Shown here in pieces: positions 21,761 through 31,219 of a DNA stretch of 64,000 bases (within the stretch, counting starts at the first letter, position 1; each line of letters begins with the position of its first letter). A program made the position numbers and the translations under genes. Below the pieces are notes generated by a model. It did no database searches, had not been told where the DNA came from, and was given only the letters and a program-made list of their open reading frames with translations. Source of the DNA: Neorhizobium sp. (GTDB taxonomy: Bacteria; Pseudomonadota; Alphaproteobacteria; Rhizobiales; Rhizobiaceae); NCBI GenBank assembly GCA_965227625.1, contig CBDDGK010000057.1, positions 15,543-79,542 of the forward strand. The letters are read 5' to 3'.

Positions 21761-22480
21761 TTACTGAGCAGCCTGGCGCGGCTGCAGCTTCTCGTCGATC
21801 TGGCGGGACAGGATCGCGGAGAATTCATCCGCAAAACCTTCCATGCGCGCCGAGAGCTTGCCGGCATCGGCCGTGAACTTGTTGTAGGCGATAACCGCCG
21901 GGATAGCGGCGACGAGGCCGATCGCGGTGGCGAGAAGCGCTTCCGCGATACCCGGTGCGACGACCGCGAGGTTGGTGGACTTCGAACCGGCGATTGCCTG
22001 GAACGATGTCATGATACCGACAACCGTACCGAAAAGACCGATGAACGGACCGGCGGAACCGATCGTCGCCAAAGAGCCGAGACGGGCTTCATAACCTTCC
22101 GCTTCGCGCGACATGGTCACGTCCATCGCCCGGTCGATACGCATCTGCAGACCGATCGGCGAGCGCGCACCGCGTTCGAAGCTCTTCTTCCACTCGCGCA
22201 TGGCGGCAACGAAAATCGCCGCGAGCCCGGAATTGGTCTTTTCCGAAAGACCGCGATAAAGCTCTTCCAGCGACTGGCCGGACCAGAAGACCTGTTCGAA
22301 CTGGTCGAACTGGCGCTTTGCGCGCGCGAAGTTCATGTACTTGTCGATCACGATCGCCCAAGTCCAAACAGACGCGCCGAGAAGACCGATCATGACCAGC
22401 TTGACCACAAGACCGGCCTGCATGAACAGCGACCAAAGGCTCACTTCGCTCGCCGCTGCCGCCAAACCTACATGTTCCAT
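21761..22480 (-). CDS. tolQ: TolQ
   Basis: PFIGLFGTVVGIM and APGIAEALLATAIGL motifs. Confidence 0.97.
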   Translation of the reverse strand: MEHVGLAAAASEVSLWSLFMQAGLVVKLVMIGLLGASVWTWAIVIDKYMNFARAKRQFDQFEQVFWSGQSLEELYRGLSEKTNSGLAAIFVAAMREWKKSFERGARSPIGLQMRIDRAMDVTMSREAEGYEARLGSLATIGSAGPFIGLFGTVVGIMTSFQAIAGSKSTNLAVVAPGIAEALLATAIGLVAAIPAVIAYNKFTADAGKLSARMEGFADEFSAILSRQIDEKLQPRQAAQ

Positions 22481-22771
22481 CTATCCACTATCCCCGAATC
22501 CAAACGCCCGGCTTTACGGACCGGGCGGGTTCAAAAGCGCGCTCTCGCGAGTAATGTCTTGATCGCCGATTGCGCCCGCCTTAACCCACAGATGCCCTGA
22601 GTTTCCAGCTTGGCTTCTCGCTTTCAATTTTGGTCAAAGGAAGGCGTGCGTTGCACAAATTCCTCTAAGGCTATTAAGACTACATTATCGTTAAGAATGC
22701 GTTACACGCAGGGCTTTCCGCCGAACGCGCCGCCAACTCGACAAAGACTGGCCAACTTACTCTTACCGAGA

Positions 22772-23230
22772 TTATTCATCGGAAACCTTGCCCAGGAACT
22801 TCTCCGCCACCGATTCCGGCAAGCGACGCGGGCGACCGTGTTTGTTGATGACGGCGATGACGACCTTTGCCGCGATCAGCAATGTTTCGCCACGGCGAAT
22901 CTCCTGGTTCAGCACCATCTTGGCGCCGCCGGCCTTTTCCGTAACAGTCTGGATCGTCAGGATATCGTCCATCCGCGCCGGCTGCTTGAAGTCGATCTCC
23001 ATGCGGTGAACGACAAACACAAGGCCGTCTTCGTCGGCGGACAGAAGCGCACTCTGCTCACAGCCGAGACAGCGCAGATAATCAGTGCGGCCGCGCTCTA
23101 GGAAATGCAGGTACCGGGCGTGATAGACCAGCCCCGAAAAATCGGTGTCTTCGTAATAGACGCGCTGCGCCAAACGGTGGCCACCCTCGATCAGCTCGCC
23201 CGATAACGAAAAATTGTGCCCCTGCATCAT
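22772..23230 (-). CDS. ybgC: Tol-Pal-associated acyl-CoA thioesterase
   Basis: RVYYEDTDFSGLVYHARYLHFLERGRT motif. Confidence 0.93.
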   Translation of the reverse strand: MMQGHNFSLSGELIEGGHRLAQRVYYEDTDFSGLVYHARYLHFLERGRTDYLRCLGCEQSALLSADEDGLVFVVHRMEIDFKQPARMDDILTIQTVTEKAGGAKMVLNQEIRRGETLLIAAKVVIAVINKHGRPRRLPESVAEKFLGKVSDE

Positions 23231-23377
23231 CCTGCCTTTGAAATCGTGATGCGCGGGCCCACAAGTAGGGCCGCGCCTCCATTCGTTTCTCACTAGCAGG
23301 AAAGCCGCCAAAGGCCAGCCCGAAACTCAGCGCCGGCGATGCGCCTTCTGAGAGCAACAGTGCCCAAGGCTTCAGCG

Positions 23378-23734
23378 CTACTGGAACCGCTGCATCTTGC
23401 CTTCATGCTTGCTGCGCTCGATGGCTTTCTTGTGCTCCTCGGCCCATTGCTGGCCCGGATCGCCACCCCAGAGGAGCCAGGCGATATAGCCGGTCGAGGG
23501 GTTTTCATCGTCACCGAAATTCTCTGCGCGCTTGTCCGTCTTATGGCGGTGGAAATAGCTGACCATCTTGCGGACGGTCTTTTCCGTGAGCGGCTTGCGG
23601 TTGCGGATGTCCTTGGCGCGGGCGATGCCGAGGGTCGTGCCGCCGCGGCGAAACCGCGCGCGAAGCTCAAGACCTTTCTCGGCAGCCCGGGCGACCTCCG
23701 CGGGCGGAACGTGATCGAGATATTGGTCAGCCAT
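23378..23734 (-). CDS. Uncharacterised protein, distantly DUF3140-like
   Basis: RKMVSYFHRH...GYIAWLLWGGDPG motif; start overlaps the end of the upstream DUF2945 gene. Confidence 0.75.
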   Translation of the reverse strand: MADQYLDHVPPAEVARAAEKGLELRARFRRGGTTLGIARAKDIRNRKPLTEKTVRKMVSYFHRHKTDKRAENFGDDENPSTGYIAWLLWGGDPGQQWAEEHKKAIERSKHEGKMQRFQ

Positions 23735-23954
23735 GGGTCTTCTTGAGCTCCGACTGACTTTTCAGGGCACGGTTGCCGTTTTCCTGCGTCACCAGGAAGG
23801 CAGGTTCCTTGGTATCCGCATGGCGCTTGACCGATGTGCCCTTGATCTTGCGCTCAACGTCGTCGGTGAATTTCTCCGCGACTTTGCCCTCGCCCTTCGA
23901 GCGCCCCCATTTCCATTCGACTTCGTTTCCGACTTCGATTTTCTGCATCGACAT
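23727..23954 (-). CDS. DUF2945 / HVA1 Tudor-like small protein
   Basis: VGNEVEWKWGRSKGEGKV...IKGTSVKRHA...ALKSQSEL pattern; GGGAG RBS. Confidence 0.8.
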   Translation of the reverse strand: MSMQKIEVGNEVEWKWGRSKGEGKVAEKFTDDVERKIKGTSVKRHADTKEPAFLVTQENGNRALKSQSELKKTHG

Positions 23955-23973
23955 TCTCCCTTCTCGGCGGAAA

Positions 23974-23999
23974 AACGGAGAAACGCAGAAAGATGTTCC
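23974..23999 (-). promoter_or_regulatory. EcfG/RpoE2 general stress promoter
   Basis: Minus strand GGAAC-N17-CGTT upstream of the DUF2945 gene. Confidence 0.75.
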
Positions 24000-24004
24000 A
24001 GAAT

Positions 24005-24514
24005 TCAGCTTTTGATATCGAGATCGCCGTCCCGCCAGACGAGATGTCTCGGGCTCTCCGGCAGGTTTTCTATCTCTTCGGCAATAAAATAGGGCGGGAT
24101 ATCCAGCGCCCTCAGCGCCTCACGCGTGGCAGGCACCCATTTGAATTCCAGCTCATTCCCGTCCATGACCCGATGCACGATATCGGTCGGGTGGAACGGA
24201 AAATGCTCCGGCAGCTCCATCAGGTAATAGATCCCGAATTCGTGCCAGTCGCGCTCCTCATAGTGGAAGAAGTTCTCGACCGACCACAACAGCCGCCCGA
24301 CCGTCACCTCGACGCCGAGCTCCTCGATCATCTCCCGCTTCAGCGTCTCTTCCGACGTCTCGCCGATCTCCGCTCGACCGCCGGGAAAGGTCCAGAACGG
24401 CTCATGCACGGCGCGATGCACCAACACATAGCCGTCTCGAAATCCAAGCCCCGCGATACGCATCTGGAACGCGTTCTTCGACTTGGTCTTGATGCGTATG
24501 CGCGCACGGCCCAC
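24005..24514 (-). CDS. NUDIX hydrolase
   Basis: Nudix box PGGRAEIGETSEETLKREMIEELG; exact start uncertain. Confidence 0.88.
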   Translation of the reverse strand: MGRARIRIKTKSKNAFQMRIAGLGFRDGYVLVHRAVHEPFWTFPGGRAEIGETSEETLKREMIEELGVEVTVGRLLWSVENFFHYEERDWHEFGIYYLMELPEHFPFHPTDIVHRVMDGNELEFKWVPATREALRALDIPPYFIAEEIENLPESPRHLVWRDGDLDIKS

Positions 24515-24517
24515 GGG

Positions 24518-25414
24518 TTACCCCAGTTCGATCAGATTGATTTCCGGCGGCGCTCCGAAGCGCACCGGCAGGCCGGAGCAGCCCAAGCCACCGGAAACGA
24601 TCAGATTTCGATCGTTTTCCTTGATATGACCGTAGACGTAGCGTGAGCCGTAACGGGACGGCACAACGGGTGCATATCCGAAAATTCGCACCTGGCCGCC
24701 ATGCGTGTGACCGGACAGCGTAAGCGAGATACGATCCGGCAAGCTCGGAAAAATATCAGGCTCATGCGCCATGAGAATGATCGGCGCATCATCGGTGATC
24801 TGCTTCAGGGTAACGGTCAGGTCGTCCCTGCCTTGTGCCCTACGTCCCAACCTTCGGCTCGGCAGGATCGCGATCTGGTCTTCCAATCCCGCAAGCCAGA
24901 ATGGGTGCCCATCCTTTTCCAATCGGATTGCCCGGTTGCTGTAGAGAGGAATGCCGGCTCGCTCCAACGCGACACGCGCAAACGGAACGGCGGAAATACC
25001 GTTTTGCACGTCCGGATCCTGCCACCAGTCATGATTGCCGAGCACAGCATGAACCCCGAGCGGCGCTTTCAAGACGGTCAGAGCTTCGGCCCACGCGTCA
25101 GGCGCTACCCGATCTGTAATAAGCCGCATGCCCGTAACAAAATCGCCAAGCAAACAAATGATATCCGGCTCGAGCTCGTTTGCAATCCGACAGATCGATG
25201 CGATGCGATCCGCCGGCATCCAGGGCTCGCAAGCGTGGAAATCCGTGAGCACAGCCACACGAAGCTTCAATCCCGGCGTCCATCCGCGAGGCGTCAAAGC
25301 ATAGCGCGTGGTCACCAGACGCACCAACGGCTCCGCCACGGCATAACCACCGAGCGCCAACAGCGCCGCGAAGCCTCCGCCCAGCGTCTTCAGCAACCCG
25401 CGACGGGATATCAC
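24518..25414 (-). CDS. Metallophosphoesterase (YkuE-like) with Tat-like signal
   Basis: SRRGLL, DFH, LGDF, GNHD, HEPD and GHTHGGQ motifs. Confidence 0.9.
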   Translation of the reverse strand: MISRRGLLKTLGGGFAALLALGGYAVAEPLVRLVTTRYALTPRGWTPGLKLRVAVLTDFHACEPWMPADRIASICRIANELEPDIICLLGDFVTGMRLITDRVAPDAWAEALTVLKAPLGVHAVLGNHDWWQDPDVQNGISAVPFARVALERAGIPLYSNRAIRLEKDGHPFWLAGLEDQIAILPSRRLGRRAQGRDDLTVTLKQITDDAPIILMAHEPDIFPSLPDRISLTLSGHTHGGQVRIFGYAPVVPSRYGSRYVYGHIKENDRNLIVSGGLGCSGLPVRFGAPPEINLIELG

Positions 25415-26455
25415 TCAATCATCCTCGAGACTCATTCTGAACTGCGCCGCCTCGAGATCCTTGGGCGGCTGCATTCCAAGGTGTTTCCATGCATTTCCGG
25501 TCAAAACGCGGCCACGCGGGGTGCGCTGAATGAAGCCCTGCTGGATCATGTAGGGCTCGATAATGTCCTCGATCGCATCGCGCGGTTCCGAGAGGCCGGC
25601 GGCGATCGTTTCGATGCCGACCGGGCCGCCGCCGAAGTTCACCGCAATCATGTTGAGGTAGCGTTTGTCGAGCTGGTCCAGGCCCATATTGTCGACGAGC
25701 AGCCGGGTCAGCGCCTCGTCGGCGATCTCCTTGGTAACGGCTGGCGCCTTCGCGACTTCCGCAAAGTCGCGCACGCGCCGCAAAAGACGTCCGGCAATGC
25801 GCGGCGTGCCGCGTGCCCGCCGGGCGATCTCGCGAGCACCATCGTCCGTCATGCCCAGCCCCATCAGCCGCGCGCCGCGGCGCACGATCAATTCGAGTTC
25901 CTCTACCGTATAAAACGACAACCGGACGGGAATGCCGAACCGATCGCGCAGCGGTGTGGTCAGCAGGCCGAGGCGGGTCGTCGCCGCGACCAGCGTGAAC
26001 TTCGACAGATCGATCTTCACCGACCGAGCCGCCGGACCTTCGCCGATGATCAGGTCGAGCTGAAAATCCTCCATCGCGGGATAGAGAATTTCTTCGACCG
26101 CAGGATTGAGGCGATGGATTTCATCGATGAAAAGGACGTCGCGTTCTTCGAGATTCGTCAGCAACGCCGCAAGGTCACCGGCCTTCGCGATGACCGGGCC
26201 GGATGTCGAACGGAAGTTGACGCCGAGCTCCTTCGCCATGATCTGCGCCAGCGTCGTCTTGCCGAGGCCCGGCGGACCGACGAACAGCACGTGGTCCAGC
26301 GCCTCGCCGCGCCCCTTGGCCGCCTCGATGAAAATCTTCAGATTGGCGCGTGCTTCCGCCTGGCCGGTGAATTCGTCGAGCGACTGGGGTCGCAGCGTCG
26401 TATCCAGATCTTCGCCCCGCTTGTCAGCGGAAATCAGGCGGGCGGGTTCGGTCAT
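25415..26455 (-). CDS. ruvB: Holliday junction branch migration helicase RuvB
   Basis: [34 protein letters not shown]. Confidence 0.98.
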   Translation of the reverse strand: MTEPARLISADKRGEDLDTTLRPQSLDEFTGQAEARANLKIFIEAAKGRGEALDHVLFVGPPGLGKTTLAQIMAKELGVNFRSTSGPVIAKAGDLAALLTNLEERDVLFIDEIHRLNPAVEEILYPAMEDFQLDLIIGEGPAARSVKIDLSKFTLVAATTRLGLLTTPLRDRFGIPVRLSFYTVEELELIVRRGARLMGLGMTDDGAREIARRARGTPRIAGRLLRRVRDFAEVAKAPAVTKEIADEALTRLLVDNMGLDQLDKRYLNMIAVNFGGGPVGIETIAAGLSEPRDAIEDIIEPYMIQQGFIQRTPRGRVLTGNAWKHLGMQPPKDLEAAQFRMSLEDD

Positions 26456-26525
26456 AAGGTTATTTCCGTTCGAAACTCATAGTCAGTCATACACGACGTG
26501 CCGGGAATTCACAGTCGCGATCGGT

Positions 26526-27143
26526 TTACCGCGCGAGCTCCTTCAGCCCAAGTCGGATCAGCTTGGCGCTATCGCCTCCCTCACCGCCATTCTTCAATGC
26601 GGCGGCAACCGCGTTGGCGGCCTGATCGCGGGAATAGCCGAGATTGGTCAGCGCCGAAACGGCATCTGCCACCGGCGCGGAGGCCACGCCCTCGCCGATC
26701 TCCTGCTTCAGGCCGATATTGGCGGCCGCCTCGCCGGCAAAGGCCGGGGCCTTGTTCTTCAACTCCGTGACGAGACGCATCGCAACCTTGGGGCCGACGC
26801 CGGGCGCACGGGAAATCGACGTCTTGTCCTGCAGCGCGATCGCGTTTGCGAGTTCCGACGGCGTCAGCGTCGAAAGCACCGCAAGCGCCACCTTGGCGCC
26901 GACGCCCTGAACGCTCTGCAGAAGATTGAACCATTCACGTTCGAGCGCGCTCAGGAAGCCGAAAAGCTTGAACTGGTCCTCGCGCACATAGGTCTCGATA
27001 TAGAGGACGATCGCCTCACCCGCCGAGCCCATTTTCGAAAGTGCCCGGGCCGAACAAAACACTTCGTAACAGACGCCATGCACGTCAACGAGAACATGGT
27101 CGTCGCCGATCTCGTCAATGGTGCCTTTGAGCTTGCCGATCAT
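26526..27143 (-). CDS. ruvA: Holliday junction binding protein RuvA
   Basis: [18 protein letters not shown], HhH motifs GVGAK/GVGPK, ALTNLGY. Confidence 0.97.
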   Translation of the reverse strand: MIGKLKGTIDEIGDDHVLVDVHGVCYEVFCSARALSKMGSAGEAIVLYIETYVREDQFKLFGFLSALEREWFNLLQSVQGVGAKVALAVLSTLTPSELANAIALQDKTSISRAPGVGPKVAMRLVTELKNKAPAFAGEAAANIGLKQEIGEGVASAPVADAVSALTNLGYSRDQAANAVAAALKNGGEGGDSAKLIRLGLKELAR

Positions 27144-27161
27144 GAAGTCTATCCGCCAATG

Positions 27162-27584
27162 TTACAGGGGGTGGGTTTCGGGTGAGATGAGATCGAGTGC
27201 CGGAAAATAGGCCCGGTAGCGCGCCGCATCCCTTGTCAGCAGGCGATGGGAGCGAACTGTCGCATGCGCTCCAATCAGGAAATCCGGAAGGGTGCGGTCT
27301 CGCTGCCCACCCGCTCGACGATAAGCGAAATGCGCCTTTCCGGCTTGATAAGCGGCCTCGTAGGAAAGAGCCTCCCGCTTCATGCCAAGCCAGCCAAAGG
27401 CCAGGGTGATTTCCTGTTCGGTCAGCGGCGATGCTGAAAGCTCCGACCAGATGATCGGGTTGAGGACCAAATCTCCCTCGCCATGGCACCGCTCGAGCAC
27501 AGCCAGCGACCATGTCCTGAACGACGTCGCGGGGCCGAGGATATCAATGAGAACATTCGTATCAACGACGGTCGAGGTCATCAC
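27162..27584 (-). CDS. vapC: VapC family PIN-domain toxin
   Basis: VVDTNVLID, WSEL, LPDFLIGAHA and LLTRD acidic PIN motifs. Confidence 0.9.
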   Translation of the reverse strand: MMTSTVVDTNVLIDILGPATSFRTWSLAVLERCHGEGDLVLNPIIWSELSASPLTEQEITLAFGWLGMKREALSYEAAYQAGKAHFAYRRAGGQRDRTLPDFLIGAHATVRSHRLLTRDAARYRAYFPALDLISPETHPL

Positions 27585-27819
27585 GCGGCCCTCGCAACCA
27601 ATCCATATATTCGTCGGTGGTCATGCCCATCGTGTCGAATGTGCCCTCGACGCTCTTTGCCCATTCCTTGAAGTCCTTGAAATCGTCCGGTCGATCGGAT
27701 TTCACCAGCATCACGCCGTCGTCGGACATGACAAAATCCACCTCGGACCCAGGCCCGATATTCAATCGGTCGCGGATTTCCTTCGGGATCGTAACCTGGC
27801 CTTTTTCGGTGACGCGCAT
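27562..27819 (-). CDS. vapB: AbrB/MazE-type antitoxin (VapB)
   Basis: MRVTEKGQVTIPKEIRDRLNI AbrB fold; acidic C-terminus; overlaps vapC. Confidence 0.9.
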   Translation of the reverse strand: MRVTEKGQVTIPKEIRDRLNIGPGSEVDFVMSDDGVMLVKSDRPDDFKDFKEWAKSVEGTFDTMGMTTDEYMDWLRGPRDDLDRR

Positions 27820-27820
27820 G

Positions 27821-27841
27821 GTAATACCTCTGAGGTATTAC
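27821..27841. promoter_or_regulatory. Probable vapBC autoregulatory operator
   Basis: Perfect inverted repeat GTAATACCTC-T-GAGGTATTAC overlapping the vapB RBS. Confidence 0.7.
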
Positions 27842-27856
27842 TTACCGGCACAACCA

Positions 27857-27871
27857 GAACAAGTCAAGAAC
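27857..27871. promoter_or_regulatory. LexA (SOS) box, alphaproteobacterial type
   Basis: GAAC-AAGTCAA-GAAC (GTTC-N7-GTTC on the minus strand) just after the ruvC stop. Confidence 0.75.
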
Positions 27872-27874
27872 AAA

Positions 27875-28384
27875 TCAGCCGGCGAGCGCCTGACGCATGC
27901 GATGGCCGCCGCGGTTATGGGCGTGGCAGATGGCGATGGCGAGCGCATCGGCCGCGTCATTGCCTTTGAACTCCGCCTTCGGCATCAGGATCTTCAGCAT
28001 CATATGGATCTGCTGCTTTTCCCCATGCCCGACGCCGATCACCGACTTCTTGACGGCATTCGGCGCGTATTCCGCAACCGGCAATCCGGCACGTGCCGGA
28101 ACCAGCATCACGACGCCCCTTGCCTGCCCGAGCTTCAGGGTCGCAACGGCATCCTTGTTGACGAAGGTCTGTTCTACCGCCGCCTCATGGGGCTGGTAGG
28201 CATGCACGACCTCGGCCAGCCCGTCATGCAGCTGGCAAAGGCGCGAGGCCAGATCCAGGTCGCCATCAGAGGTTACGGTCCCCGAGGCAACGAAACGCAG
28301 GCTGTTGCCGAGCGTATCGATGACACCCCATCCAGTGCGGCGAAGGCCCGGGTCGATGCCGATGATGCGAATCGTCTCTGTCAT
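27875..28384 (-). CDS. ruvC: Crossover junction endodeoxyribonuclease RuvC
   Basis: [13 protein letters not shown] and [12 protein letters not shown] motifs. Confidence 0.97.
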   Translation of the reverse strand: MTETIRIIGIDPGLRRTGWGVIDTLGNSLRFVASGTVTSDGDLDLASRLCQLHDGLAEVVHAYQPHEAAVEQTFVNKDAVATLKLGQARGVVMLVPARAGLPVAEYAPNAVKKSVIGVGHGEKQQIHMMLKILMPKAEFKGNDAADALAIAICHAHNRGGHRMRQALAG

Positions 28385-28428
28385 GCGTGCACTCTATCCT
28401 TTGACGGGTATCAGTGCCACGAGAATGT

Positions 28429-28443
28429 GAACAAACCGAAAAC
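28429..28443. promoter_or_regulatory. Degenerate LexA box upstream of ruvC
   Basis: GAAC-AAACCGA-AAAC, one mismatch to GAAC-N7-GAAC. Confidence 0.5.
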
Positions 28444-28577
28444 GCGCGAAAGGCGTGCCTTTATCTTCGGTTAACCATGATCGCAGGCTTTCCGCCTCCT
28501 TGCCCCCTCGTGGCGCAACGTCGTGCCGCCTTGTGCGTTGGGATTTCGCGGCTGGAGCGCGATGCGAGGAGGCAGTC

Positions 28578-30005
28578 ATGTCGAACACCCATCATTCCCT
28601 GTCCCTTAAGGCGATCGGGTACATTCTGGTGCAGAACGGGCTCTTCGCCGCGTTGTTGTTTTACGTAGCGCGAGACGCCACGCCGCTGGAAACCGCGGTC
28701 ATCATCGGCGCTCTGGTTCTCTCGGCGATCGCTACAATAGCGCTTGCGAGCCGCACGCTCGGCGCATTGAAATCCCTGAGCGGCGAGCTTAGCGCTATCG
28801 CCGAAGGCAACGGCTCCATCGCCCCCGAATATCTCCGGCGCAGGGACGAGATCGGCACCATCGCCCGTGAATTCGAGCGCCTTTCAAGTGAAAATCTCAC
28901 CCGCCTGGTCGACGACGATGAGGAACGCGATCGCCGCCATCGGGAAGAGGCCGAACGCGAGGAGCGCCACGCCCGCGAACTTGAGGCCGCCACCAACCGG
29001 ACCAAGGCCCTGAAGGACGTCGTGGAGGCGATGGACCACGCGATCCGCCGACTGGCGGCCGGAGATCTGGGTAGCCGGCTCGATACCCCCTTCCCGAACG
29101 AGTTCGAAGGGCTGCGCGCCGATTTCAATCACGCGACGATCGCCGTTCAGGAAACGCTGGAACGGATCGAGGATAGCGCGCGGCGGCTGCGCTCCACGTG
29201 CGCCGACGTGAAGGAAGACTCCTCCTCTGCCATGCAAAAGGGCTTGAGCCAGACCACGGCGATGGCGAGGGCGGCCGAGGATATCTGCTCGCTCGCCGAG
29301 ACGCTTCGATTGCGCCGGATGCAATCCGAACATACCGCCAATATTGCCTATAACGCCCGCATCGACCTGCGCCGACCGAAGGATGCGACGCATGCCGCGG
29401 CCAAAGCCATGTCCTCGGCACAGGAAGCGTCGCGAAAGGTCGAGCCGATTGCCGAAGTCATCCGGGAGCTCGCTTTCGAGGCCAACATGCTGGCGATGAA
29501 TATCGGCATTTCGGCAGCACACGAGGATGCGCAACAGGCGAATAGCCCAACCGGCGTTCTCGCCACGGACATTCGCTCGCTCGCCGAACGCGCCGCCGAG
29601 GCTGCACGGGAGTTGTCCGTCTTTTCCCGCCAATGCTCGGACGCGTTAGAGCACGCCAGTCAGTCGGTCGCCAAGGCGGAGGCGGAAATCGACGCCATGG
29701 TGATCTATTCGGACGCCTTGAAAGGCCATCTGGACACGATCGTCACAAGCTCGTCGACCGAGATCGACAAGATAGCGTCCATCAGACTCTCTATTCTGGC
29801 CCTTGCGAAAAACGGTCGGGATCAAGGTATTACTTTGGAAGCCTTAGCCACCCGCACGGATCGCATGATGCGCGAGGTCGGAGCGATCGATCACCATGCC
29901 GGCCGATTCACGCCCGTCACGGTGCTTACCCAGGGCGGGGTGACAATCCCCGAATCCATGAAGCCGCCGAAACGCGGCTCGCATCTGCGTCTGGTCAAGT
30001 CTTGA
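28578..30005 (+). CDS. Methyl-accepting chemotaxis-like protein with divergent signalling domain
   Basis: Two TM segments, HAMP (RRDEIGTIA), second HAMP-like (LAAGDL...LRADFN), MCP-like coiled coil; GAGGAGG RBS. Confidence 0.8.
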   Translation: MSNTHHSLSLKAIGYILVQNGLFAALLFYVARDATPLETAVIIGALVLSAIATIALASRTLGALKSLSGELSAIAEGNGSIAPEYLRRRDEIGTIAREFERLSSENLTRLVDDDEERDRRHREEAEREERHARELEAATNRTKALKDVVEAMDHAIRRLAAGDLGSRLDTPFPNEFEGLRADFNHATIAVQETLERIEDSARRLRSTCADVKEDSSSAMQKGLSQTTAMARAAEDICSLAETLRLRRMQSEHTANIAYNARIDLRRPKDATHAAAKAMSSAQEASRKVEPIAEVIRELAFEANMLAMNIGISAAHEDAQQANSPTGVLATDIRSLAERAAEAARELSVFSRQCSDALEHASQSVAKAEAEIDAMVIYSDALKGHLDTIVTSSSTEIDKIASIRLSILALAKNGRDQGITLEALATRTDRMMREVGAIDHHAGRFTPVTVLTQGGVTIPESMKPPKRGSHLRLVKS

Positions 30006-30129
30006 CACTGGATGCCAGGCCCTTCGACAAGGACCGCGCCGACCGGTTTTTCGATATCCGGCAGGGGTCGTATTTTTGGACACGACTGCCTAAATAGGTG
30101 AGGCACTCCATCACCTATTTCTTCAGGAC

Positions 30130-31143
30130 ATGCCGATGATCCCTTTTTCCATCCTCGATCTTTCGCCCGTCGGCGAAGGTTATTCGGTGCGCGATGCGCT
30201 AGACCAGTCCCGCCGCCTGGCAATCAAGGCGGAAGAACAGGGCTACAAGCGCCTCTGGCTTGCCGAACACCACGGCATGCCCGGTATTGCGAGCGCCGCT
30301 ACCTCCATCGTCATCGGCCATGTCGGCGCCGCCACCAAGACGATCCGCGTCGGCTCCGGCGGCATCATGCTGCCCAATCATTCGCCGCTCGTCATCGCAG
30401 AACAGTTCGGCACGCTGGAAGCGCTGCTTCCCGGCCGCGTCGACCTGGGCCTTGGCCGCGCGCCCGGCACGGACATGCGCACGGCGAGCGCGCTTCGCCG
30501 CAATCTCGAAGCCGGCGCCGAGAGCTTCCCGCACGATATCCTCGAACTTCAGCGTCTTCTGGGCACGCCCGAACCGAACCAGGGCCTGCTCGCGGTGCCC
30601 GGCATGGAAGCGAACGTGCCGATCTGGCTGCTCGGATCGAGCGTCTATAGTGCCCATCTCGCCGCAGCTCTCGGCCTCCCCTACGCCTTCGCCTCGCATT
30701 TTGCGCCCGATATGCTGATGGAGGCGGTCTCCATCTACCGCGACCGTTTCCAGTCCTCGCTGGAACTGGAAAAGCCTTACATGATGGTCGGCGTCATGGG
30801 CGTCGCAGCCGATACGGACGAGGAGGCGCAAAAGCTCTTCACCTCGTCGCAGCAGCAGTTCGTCAATCTGCGCAAGAACGTGCGCACACGCTTCCCGAAG
30901 CCGATCGACAACATGGAAGGTTTCTGGACGCCGATGGAAAAGATGAATGTCGAGCACACGCTGCGCTATGCCGCGGTGGGCTCCGTATCCACCATCGAGG
31001 CGCAGCTGAAGGAATTCCTGGGCGAAACCGGCGCCGACGAACTGATCGTTTCCATGCCGATCCATGACGTCGAAAAGAGGCTGCGCTCGGTGGAACTGTT
31101 CGCCACGCTGCCGATGATGGACAAGGTCAAAGCCGCAGCCTGA
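30130..31143 (+). CDS. LLM class flavin-dependent oxidoreductase
   Basis: [23 protein letters not shown] and LGLGRAPG motifs. Confidence 0.93.
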   Translation: MPMIPFSILDLSPVGEGYSVRDALDQSRRLAIKAEEQGYKRLWLAEHHGMPGIASAATSIVIGHVGAATKTIRVGSGGIMLPNHSPLVIAEQFGTLEALLPGRVDLGLGRAPGTDMRTASALRRNLEAGAESFPHDILELQRLLGTPEPNQGLLAVPGMEANVPIWLLGSSVYSAHLAAALGLPYAFASHFAPDMLMEAVSIYRDRFQSSLELEKPYMMVGVMGVAADTDEEAQKLFTSSQQQFVNLRKNVRTRFPKPIDNMEGFWTPMEKMNVEHTLRYAAVGSVSTIEAQLKEFLGETGADELIVSMPIHDVEKRLRSVELFATLPMMDKVKAAA

Positions 31144-31164
31144 CGAGGGCGATGGCACGATCCC

Positions 31165-31204
31165 AAACAAAAACGGCACCGCAATCGCGGTGCCGTTTTT
31201 GTTT
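31165..31204. terminator. Bidirectional terminator
   Basis: AAACAAAAACGGCACCGC-AATC-GCGGTGCCGTTTTTGTTT perfect inverted repeat between convergent genes. Confidence 0.85.
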
Positions 31205-31219
31205 GATCCAGCAGAAAAA

